IMG/VR virus record: IMGVR_UViG_3300006033_000021
From: an uncultured virus (IMG/VR IMGVR_UViG_3300006033_000021)
Taxonomy: Duplodnaviria; Heunggongvirae; Uroviricota; Caudoviricetes
Length of the DNA: 64,000 nt
Direction: 5' to 3' (one strand)
The position numbers were made by a program, and so were the translations under genes. How positions within the stretch are numbered: the first letter of the stretch is position 1; each line of letters opens with the position of its first letter. Below are positions 57,318 to 64,000 of this stretch, piece after piece. The notes beneath the pieces were generated by a model. The model saw only the letters and a list, made by a program, of their open reading frames with translations. It did not search any database and was not told the DNA's origin.

Positions 57318-57967
57318 ACCAAATATCCCAGGCGCACAGCATTGTTGGGCAAAGTCGGGGTCGGCCCGAAACTGACTTCTATCCTACACCTCCAGTAGCA
57401 ACGATTGAGTTATTGCAACGGGAACGATTCGATGGAACGATTTGTGAGCCATGTTGTGGCACTGGGGCGATTAGTGAGATCCTAAAAGAGAAGAGACCTT
57501 TTAGTGATATCTACTCCTACGATCTTAACGATTATGGCTATGGCGAAACGGGAGTGGACTTCCTAGAGGCTAATCGTCTGTGGGATAACATTATTACCAA
57601 TCCGCCATATTCTTTAGCTAGTGAGTTCGTTCAACAAGCCTTGGATCGGACGACAGGCAAAGTTGCTATGTTGCTAAAGACTGTCTTCCTTGAAGGGGTG
57701 TCAAGATATGGCCTTTTCAAAAGCACACCGCTTAAGACGGTATACGTCTTTAGTGGTAGATTGACTCTATATAGGAATGGAGAGAAACTAACCAATCAGG
57801 GTATGATTTCGTATTCTTGGTTTGTCTGGGATCACAACTATAATGGTTTACCAAATCTAGACTGGATCCTATTAGATAAGAATGTCCAGAATTCTGCCAC
57901 TGAACAAGTAAAAGCAATGAAGGCTTCTGAATTGCTTCTTCCACTATGCCAAGGGAGTCTCAAATGA
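57314..57967 (+). CDS. phage-type N6-adenine DNA methyltransferase
   Basis: DFYPTP, EPCCGTGAI (motif I), ITNPPY (motif IV), YSWFVW. Confidence 0.88.
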   Translation: MNQISQAHSIVGQSRGRPETDFYPTPPVATIELLQRERFDGTICEPCCGTGAISEILKEKRPFSDIYSYDLNDYGYGETGVDFLEANRLWDNIITNPPYSLASEFVQQALDRTTGKVAMLLKTVFLEGVSRYGLFKSTPLKTVYVFSGRLTLYRNGEKLTNQGMISYSWFVWDHNYNGLPNLDWILLDKNVQNSATEQVKAMKASELLLPLCQGSLK

Positions 57968-58530
57968 AAGTCAAAGATCTAAGAGCAAGCTTGAATGTGT
58001 TTGACCGTGATGCTCTATGTTGCGCGACCTCAAAACGATTTGATACCGTATATGGTGTAGAAGCAATCTTTTATGGAGGTATCCCCAAGGATGATCCGTC
58101 AACCATATTAGAATACGAGAAGATTGGCGATATGAGCCAAGTTACTCCTGTTTTAACAATTATGGTTGATAGTCCGCTATATGTTGACTCCCTGAAAGAC
58201 AAGAGTACTTTATCAGATTATTGGTCGGTTGGCGAAGTTCTTGATTTTCTTACCTTCATTAATGACGATCTGGAAGTCCGTATCTTGGAATTAGAAGTTG
58301 GTGAACTTGCCAATCAATTTGATGAGTATCTGTATTGCGTAAAGGATGTTGTGGCTGCTTGGTGCTTACCATATGTCGGCGAGAATATAGCGACGGAGCA
58401 TCATTGGCTAACACCTGATATAGATATGGATGTGGTTGAGAAATATGTTGAGGATAATCATAACGCCATAACCTCCGAGGATGTTTTGGAAGACCATATT
58501 GTGGATTGTGCTTTGATTCAAAGCGCTTGA
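57964..58530 (+). CDS. acidic hypothetical protein
   Basis: ATGA overlap with upstream stop; GGGAG RBS. Confidence 0.6.
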   Translation: MKVKDLRASLNVFDRDALCCATSKRFDTVYGVEAIFYGGIPKDDPSTILEYEKIGDMSQVTPVLTIMVDSPLYVDSLKDKSTLSDYWSVGEVLDFLTFINDDLEVRILELEVGELANQFDEYLYCVKDVVAAWCLPYVGENIATEHHWLTPDIDMDVVEKYVEDNHNAITSEDVLEDHIVDCALIQSA

Positions 58531-58555
58531 CACCTACCGCTCGTTGTGGTACGAT
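58527..58555 (+). promoter_or_regulatory. sigma70-type promoter
   Basis: TTGACA-17-TACGAT with TG. Confidence 0.7.
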
Positions 58556-58580
58556 AGTGGTATAGGCAAGGAGTAATTGG

Positions 58581-59198
58581 ATGTGGTCCTCCGATATCAC
58601 TAAGGCATTTGACTATGCGATGTATAATCATCGCACACAAACACGCAAAGCCATGGGGTCGGTTCCTTATGGATCCCACCTCATGGCTGTTACTGCTATT
58701 GTTTTAGAATGCGGCGGCACAGAGGCAGAAGCTATTGCTGCATTGCTGCATGATGTCGTTGAAGACACAGATCGTACACTTAACGACATTCAGGTGTTGT
58801 TCGGCGACGAAGTGATGAGTATCGTTGCTCAAGTGAGCGAAGATAAGTCACTCAAATGGGAAGACCGAAAGCGAGCGGCTATTACGCATGTTACCGATAT
58901 GACCGATTCGGGTCTTTTGGTAAAATGTGCAGATGTGTTACATAACACTGGTACCTTGCTTTCTGATTTTGATAGTATCAACTGGTCTTTCTTTAAGAAG
59001 GGTAAGCATGTTACTCTTCACAAGTATAGTTCGGTACTCAAGGCGTTGGTTAATGAGGTGGCGCAGAGGCAGAACTTCGCGCCCGTCATAAGGGAGCGCT
59101 TGGATAAGACCTATGCTAATTTCCAGGAATTGGTGTTGACGCATTGTTGCGAATCAGATCCTCGAAAAGTCTACGATTGGTTTAAGGGAGAAGAATGA
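58581..59198 (+). CDS. stand-alone RelA/SpoT-type HD hydrolase (small alarmone hydrolase/MESH1-like)
   Basis: HRTQTRK..PYGSHL, AALLHDVVEDT, FGDEV, VKCADVLHN. Confidence 0.85.
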   Translation: MWSSDITKAFDYAMYNHRTQTRKAMGSVPYGSHLMAVTAIVLECGGTEAEAIAALLHDVVEDTDRTLNDIQVLFGDEVMSIVAQVSEDKSLKWEDRKRAAITHVTDMTDSGLLVKCADVLHNTGTLLSDFDSINWSFFKKGKHVTLHKYSSVLKALVNEVAQRQNFAPVIRERLDKTYANFQELVLTHCCESDPRKVYDWFKGEE

Positions 59199-59770
59199 TG
59201 GATTCAATAACTGTACAGGCTATGTTGGTAGAGTTTGCGAAGACCTTTGATGCTGAACAGATTCGTTACGCTGTCATGCAGGATACGAATCGACAAATTG
59301 GTGGGGAATTTGTAGGTTTTTCTAATGAGGGACTCTTATATCAGGGCCTTTATAGTTATGATATTGACGTAATTACATGGCGGGAATTTGACGATATAAA
59401 GGATTGTGCCCCAGCTATTTATGAAGAGTTCCAAACCAAGCTGCAAGAGAAGATTCAGCTAAAAGCGGAGCATGAAAACCTGTTGACTTATCTTAGAGAG
59501 CGCGTTCGTATGTTTGATAGAGATATCTCGTCTCATATAAGCGCAATCAAGGCTCTTTCTGCCTCTCAACAGGCAAGTCCGTTGTTTAAGGACTGGAAGA
59601 GTTTAATCGATGATCGTCAGCAACGACTTAATCATGCAACGCTTGGTAAGTCGCTTTTGGAAGAAGCGCTGAAGAATCTGCGAGCCGTTTTTCTTGAGGA
59701 TTTGCCCTCAGTAAAGCGTAATCTTGAAATTCTGCAAGCATTGAGGGATGACCCTCGTATGATTCCTTGA
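59195..59770 (+). CDS. hypothetical coiled-coil protein
   Basis: ATGA overlap. Confidence 0.6.
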   Translation: MMDSITVQAMLVEFAKTFDAEQIRYAVMQDTNRQIGGEFVGFSNEGLLYQGLYSYDIDVITWREFDDIKDCAPAIYEEFQTKLQEKIQLKAEHENLLTYLRERVRMFDRDISSHISAIKALSASQQASPLFKDWKSLIDDRQQRLNHATLGKSLLEEALKNLRAVFLEDLPSVKRNLEILQALRDDPRMIP

Positions 59771-59777
59771 GGAGAAA

Positions 59778-60224
59778 ATGATGTGTTTGAGTGATTGGTT
59801 ACAGTTAATTGAACGGGTTTCAGAGAAGTGGCAGAAGAATTACATCGAGGATTGCATGATTGCTCAACCAAAGCAATCATGGACCCGTCAGTATGGCAGG
59901 GCCATAACACCCTATACCGAAAATTGCTTGATTTATAAGCAGTGGGTTATAGGCGGGATTACTGGGTGTGGATGGAGCGATAAAGACCAAGGCTATCCCA
60001 GAGATCCTGATCCTGAACCGAATAATGATTTGCTGGATGCTATCTTAACAGAGGTAGCACCCGACATCAAGTATCTTCAGTATCGTAAGATTGAAGCACT
60101 GGAAAAGCAGTCATATTACGAAGAACAATCAGGATACTACGGTAATCGTAATAGGTATGCTGTTAAGACGATTGCCTTGAAAGATCTGTATGCGGCTCTA
60201 GTCGATATGGGATATCTTCAATAG
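59778..60224 (+). CDS. hypothetical protein
   Basis: GAGGAG RBS. Confidence 0.65.
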   Translation: MMCLSDWLQLIERVSEKWQKNYIEDCMIAQPKQSWTRQYGRAITPYTENCLIYKQWVIGGITGCGWSDKDQGYPRDPDPEPNNDLLDAILTEVAPDIKYLQYRKIEALEKQSYYEEQSGYYGNRNRYAVKTIALKDLYAALVDMGYLQ

Positions 60225-60257
60225 GATTCCAGGATTGTCAATGGGTATCAATACCAT

Positions 60258-60719
60258 ATGGACCTATTGAGGATAGTTTTAGCTAACATGCGCACACTTG
60301 AACAAGATCTGTATTCAATTGTGCCTGCTATTGTGGCGAGCGCGCAAGCGGCTTATAATAAGCATGATTTGTTGCCTGAGGATATCGAGGATTTGGCGGG
60401 TGGTGGTATCTGTGATGATATCGCAGAAGCCATCGCAGAAGCCATTAATGAAGCTTTATTTTCGGGTGACTCAGATGTAGACGTTGAAGCTAAAACTGTT
60501 CATCATATGGACGAAAACCATACATTGGTATATGTTCGAAGGATACAGCAAAACGGTGGAGTCGAAGTGGTTATGGTTGATATTCCATACCATATCTATG
60601 AGACACAAAGGGGGTATTATCAGTATGATATTACTCCAAATGTGGTTTTCGAGCCAAATAATGTGCTAATCAATACTATTGATATCTCCTCCGAGGATTT
60701 TGACGCTTTAGACGAGTAG
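60258..60719 (+). CDS. acidic hypothetical protein
   Basis: 153 aa; GGGICDDIA; variant class II motif upstream. Confidence 0.6.
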   Translation: MDLLRIVLANMRTLEQDLYSIVPAIVASAQAAYNKHDLLPEDIEDLAGGGICDDIAEAIAEAINEALFSGDSDVDVEAKTVHHMDENHTLVYVRRIQQNGGVEVVMVDIPYHIYETQRGYYQYDITPNVVFEPNNVLINTIDISSEDFDALDE

Positions 60720-60743
60720 TATAATAGAGCTAGGAGAATAAGA

Positions 60744-61073
60744 ATGCGCAGATATTAGGACCAACACTTCTACGTACTGGTAAGGGATGACCTTCCCATT
60801 CCTCAACAAGCTGTTCAGGCAATTCACGCCGCTCACGAAGCAGCTTTACACTTAGTCGAACCTCCCCCTAAGATTGCATCATTGGTACTATGTTCTGTGC
60901 CAGATGAAGATGCTTTACTTCGGGCTGAGCATGTCCTTAATATGAAGGGCGTGCGTAGCATTGTCTTTTATGAACCCGATATGGGTAATATCCCTACTGC
61001 TCTGGCTACAGAGTATGTGACGGGTTCCACTCGTAAGTTGTTTAGTAAATATCCACTATGGGGAAAGGAGTAA
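60744..61073 (+). CDS. PTH2-like peptidyl-tRNA hydrolase with in-frame UAG at codon 5
   Basis: AGGAG-ATG CGC AGA TAT TAG GAC...; reading on gives FYVLVRDDL..QQAVQAIHAA...FYEPDMGNIPTALA, a PTH2-family pattern. Confidence 0.75.
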
Positions 61074-61076
61074 ACC

Positions 61077-61118
61077 ATGTTGTAGGGCACGGTAGAACGC
61101 GCGCCTCCCATTGGCTAA
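61077..61118 (+). other. leader minigene ML(UAG)GTVERAPPIG*
   Basis: AAGGAG RBS overlapping the PTH2 stop; RAPP follows an in-frame UAG. Confidence 0.55.
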
Positions 61119-61158
61119 CTAAATCGGTATGTTGCCCTTTTGCCAATGGAGAGATACA

Positions 61159-61527
61159 ATGTTAACTGAATATATCATCGACCGTTTAACCAAGATTCGT
61201 CAGCGTATCAAGGCTTGTGCTTACTATGTGACTAACCAGGAGCATTGCAAGCCTGAAGATTATGATGAGATCATTAAGACAATCAGCCCATATAGCCGTA
61301 GTTGTGAATACTATATGACTGCCTTGTTGAATCTACACCATAAGATTCGTGGTCATACTGAAAGTTATCACGACTATAAGCCAGCTAAGGATGGTTCTCA
61401 TGATGGGCGACAAAACTATGTGAGTAGCCTTCAGTATGCGCTCATGAAAGAACTCGACATTACCAAGGAGATGCTCGATATGATCGCTGCAAATGTCGAG
61501 GAATATCAAGCGCAGAAAGTTGCGTAA
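61159..61527 (+). CDS. hypothetical protein downstream of PTH2 with occludable RBS
   Basis: GGAGAG RBS (61148-61153) pairs with 61105-61115. Confidence 0.65.
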   Translation: MLTEYIIDRLTKIRQRIKACAYYVTNQEHCKPEDYDEIIKTISPYSRSCEYYMTALLNLHHKIRGHTESYHDYKPAKDGSHDGRQNYVSSLQYALMKELDITKEMLDMIAANVEEYQAQKVA

Positions 61528-61538
61528 TATTGCGCAAT

Positions 61539-61571
61539 GGGGCGGTGGGGGGGATGATTCTCCACCGCCCC
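61539..61571 (+). terminator. GC-rich hairpin closing the PTH2 unit
   Basis: GGGGCGGTGGGG...CTCCACCGCCCC; no strong U-tract. Confidence 0.5.
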
Positions 61572-61618
61572 GAATACAGGAATTTTGAACCATAAGGCCG
61601 AATGAGATATTGGAGGCT

Positions 61619-62029
61619 ATGATGCGATACTTACTAAAGTGCTTGACAGTTATAGTGCTATTGGCTACTCCTCTTTTTGGGCAATCGCTCAATGATCCTA
61701 ATGTAACAGCTACAGCTAAAGGGCAATGTGTTGTTATTCCTCTTAGATATGCAGATGCACCAGCGTTGGCAATGCTATTCGCCAATTCTCAGTGTCAGGG
61801 GATGCCATTGAGATATCAGATGTTAATGATGATGTCTGGTGGTTTTGGTAATCAGGGCGGCATGGGCGGCGGCAATCAAAATCGCTACGGTGGCGGTATG
61901 GGTGGCTGGGGCAACCAGGGTGGCGGTATGGGCTACGGTGGCGGTATGGGCGGTTTTGGTAACCAGGGTGGCTACGGTGGTGGTCCGCGCGGCTATCAAG
62001 GCGGCTTTGGTCGTAACCGGAGAAATTAG
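61619..62029 (+). CDS. secreted protein with secretin N-domain-like motif and Gly-rich low-complexity tail
   Basis: signal peptide; VIPLRYADAPALA; repeated GGMGG(F/W)GNQGG. Confidence 0.6.
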   Translation: MMRYLLKCLTVIVLLATPLFGQSLNDPNVTATAKGQCVVIPLRYADAPALAMLFANSQCQGMPLRYQMLMMMSGGFGNQGGMGGGNQNRYGGGMGGWGNQGGGMGYGGGMGGFGNQGGYGGGPRGYQGGFGRNRRN

Positions 62030-62232
62030 TGAGCGACCAACCCACAATACTTACTGATGAAAAAGGTAAGATAGTAACTTTATCCGAGTTGATGCGAGGA
62101 ACTGTATATGAGCACGCCTGTAAGCGAGGTGTTACTCATACAATTGACACCAATAGTAGATCGAAACTTCTGCGTGATCCAGTGGCGGGTATCCACTATC
62201 CTAAGTCCAAACCTCATAGGGGCTCAACCTAG
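62029..62232 (+). CDS. small hypothetical protein
   Basis: GTG start overlapping upstream stop. Confidence 0.5.
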   Translation: MSDQPTILTDEKGKIVTLSELMRGTVYEHACKRGVTHTIDTNSRSKLLRDPVAGIHYPKSKPHRGST

Positions 62233-62307
62233 CTCCTAGAGCGGGCTATACGCCTCATCCTTGAAATGAAAAATGGGTACTTTTCATTTCAAGCCAAGGA
62301 GATAAGA

Positions 62308-62610
62308 ATGAGTAGGGATCGTTCTTGGCGGCGCTCTCAAACCGAGCGGGTAATTCAACGACGCGGTAAATGCGTACAGATGTGGGGCTTCGACGAAGAC
62401 CACCTCTGGGTTTCTCAACCCCACCGCTTGAGTAAGTATAATCTCGTCTGCGACTGTTGGATGTGCAATCATAAACATCAACGTCGCCATGCTGTTTCAG
62501 TAACAATGGGGCGAACATTGGTTCCATATGAAGCTGAAGATATTCTTGAAGTCCCATCGAATCTGCGGCGGTGTCTTAAGCTTCCGCATCCTGTTCAAAA
62601 TGTGTGGTAA
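62308..62610 (+). CDS. basic hypothetical protein with CxCxxC
   Basis: AAGGAG RBS; CDCWMC. Confidence 0.6.
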   Translation: MSRDRSWRRSQTERVIQRRGKCVQMWGFDEDHLWVSQPHRLSKYNLVCDCWMCNHKHQRRHAVSVTMGRTLVPYEAEDILEVPSNLRRCLKLPHPVQNVW

Positions 62611-62652
62611 GATTGGGTCATAGGTGCTATAACTCCTATATAGGAGTTTCAA

Positions 62653-63540
62653 ATGGCATTTACGACAATCACACCGGGGACACTACCCGTCGTCAACGTG
62701 AGTGGGGATACATTGCCCGAAGTATGGGAGGCAGCACTAGTTGCTGTATGGGACCATGGGGCGGCTATTCCCACTCAATACGACAAGCCCGGTGATCCAC
62801 CTAGCAAAGATGCTACAGCCATCTTAACTATCCACCATCCTCTACAAGAGCCCCGTATTCACCTCGCATTCCCAGGCGGTATAGCGGATCTAGAGATCTA
62901 TCGCCAAGAAGTCGTAGATGGTATTCACGATCATTGGATTGATCCCAAAGCCGGCAAGTGGGAGTATACCTATCACGAGCGATTGTTTGATTACAAGGTT
63001 TTGGTAAAGCAAGATGCTGGGACGGTTTTTGAATGCCGGCCTATAAAGCATATCAATCAGATCCAATACGTAATTGACGCTTTAGTAGAAGCCCCTCATA
63101 CACGCAGAGCCCAAGCTATTACTTGGAAACCGTGGGAGGATTGTGGTATTAGCGATCCCGCATGTCTCCAGTCATTATGGTTCCGTATATTTGATGATGA
63201 ATTGGTAATGAATGTTAGAATGAGATCTAATGATCTATTTAAGGCTACATTCATGAATCTTTATGCCTTTATAGATTTGCAAAGATTGGTGGCTGAAAAA
63301 GTATCAGAAAAGCTTGGTAGAGAAATCCGTGTTGGTCAGGTTAATCACCAAGTTGATTCTATGCATATCTACGGGTCTTATTATCAAGAGGTTGAGCGTT
63401 TCCTTGACACAATGAAGAATAAAACCTTCAGTCAGAGGACTTGGAATGCTTGTGATTACGCTGATGTCTTTGAAGAGGCTAAGGCTGATATCAAAAAGTC
63501 TCTAGAAGAAGAAAAGCGCACAGGCAGAAAAGGAGTCTAG
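62653..63540 (+). CDS. thyA: thymidylate synthase (ThyA fold)
   Basis: YTYHERL, TRRAQAITW, DPACLQ (catalytic Cys), RMRSND, Asn in FMNLYA, SMHIY. Confidence 0.85.
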   Translation: MAFTTITPGTLPVVNVSGDTLPEVWEAALVAVWDHGAAIPTQYDKPGDPPSKDATAILTIHHPLQEPRIHLAFPGGIADLEIYRQEVVDGIHDHWIDPKAGKWEYTYHERLFDYKVLVKQDAGTVFECRPIKHINQIQYVIDALVEAPHTRRAQAITWKPWEDCGISDPACLQSLWFRIFDDELVMNVRMRSNDLFKATFMNLYAFIDLQRLVAEKVSEKLGREIRVGQVNHQVDSMHIYGSYYQEVERFLDTMKNKTFSQRTWNACDYADVFEEAKADIKKSLEEEKRTGRKGV

Positions 63541-63541
63541 A

Positions 63542-63943
63542 ATGGGTAACTGGTTTGAAATGTGTGGAATAGAAGATTGGACAGATTTAGATAAGGAATT
63601 CCCATCTTCTCCTGTGGTTCTAACTATTGATGAGGCTAAAGATGAGGATCGCTCATTTCCATTGATTTCAGCCGTTAAATTCAATGATGATGGAATGTAT
63701 TTGATTTGGGTTGATAATTCTGTGTCATTAATAGAGTGGTCAACCTATAAAGACAACAGATATTATTTGGCTGATTTCTGTAATATGCATACGCCGAATT
63801 GGTTCGATGCGGCCCAGTCATTATTGGCCTCGGCGGGACTTACACCTAATGCTATGGGTGCGGCCTTTGCAATGACAGAAGATTGTCTAAGTAAAAGCCT
63901 GATGGAAGAAAACCCTACAGACAGAAAAGGCGTACAAGTGTAG
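63542..63943 (+). CDS. hypothetical protein
   Basis: AAGGAG RBS; class II motif AGGA-N16-AAGAA follows at 63942-63966. Confidence 0.6.
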   Translation: MGNWFEMCGIEDWTDLDKEFPSSPVVLTIDEAKDEDRSFPLISAVKFNDDGMYLIWVDNSVSLIEWSTYKDNRYYLADFCNMHTPNWFDAAQSLLASAGLTPNAMGAAFAMTEDCLSKSLMEENPTDRKGVQV

Positions 63944-64000
63944 GAAAGATTCACTTACAACAAGAAAGTTAGAGGGTAATAGGGATATTCGGAGGTTGAA

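Noticed and set aside
60882..61073. 63-aa TTG-start ORF as the real gene
   Set aside because: No RBS and it lacks the N-terminal half of the PTH2 fold encoded in frame upstream.
61823..62057. Overlapping alternative-frame ORFs in the Gly-rich region
   Set aside because: By-products of the low-complexity GGN repeats of 61619-62029.
62653..63540. dCMP hydroxymethylase (modified-cytosine pathway)
   Set aside because: The specificity position after RSND carries Asn (FMNLY), consistent with a dUMP substrate.
1..64000. Genome-wide stop-codon reassignment (TAG or TGA)
   Set aside because: Recognisable genes are intact in the standard code and many end in TAG or TGA with tight coupling to the next gene; only isolated in-frame stops were found.

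Overview
The window looks like a 64-kb segment of a large (probably jumbo) tailed bacteriophage genome. This is an inference from dense short ORFs, isolated DNA-metabolism genes, tail-fibre-like genes and the lack of bacterial housekeeping operons. Plus-strand blocks behind sigma70-type promoters (TTGACA-like, 17-18 nt GC-rich spacer, (TG)C-TAnnnT) encode NAD-dependent DNA ligase, 5'-3' exonuclease, thioredoxin, NUDIX, several HD hydrolases, Dam and a second adenine MTase, a GHKL ATPase-zincin fusion, a PD-(D/E)XK nuclease, dNMP kinase, a sigma factor, RuvB, RlpA, an FAD oxidoreductase, an S8 protease and thymidylate synthase. Mostly minus-strand genes behind a second motif (AGGN-N15/16-NNGAA) encode probable virion proteins, repeat-rich tail fibres, two GT2 glycosyltransferases, a TylF methyltransferase and a cell-wall hydrolase. 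There is a clear tmRNA with an unusually long tag and two further promoter-and-terminator-bounded candidate ncRNAs. The most striking observation is at 60.7-61.5 kb: a PTH2-like peptidyl-tRNA hydrolase gene has an in-frame UAG at codon 5. It is followed by a second minigene, ML(UAG)GTVERAPPIG, whose RAPP arrest-like motif overlaps a hairpin that occludes the next gene's RBS. Together these form a candidate amber-readthrough-gated translation-rescue switch. All family calls come from motif recognition by eye; no searches were run.
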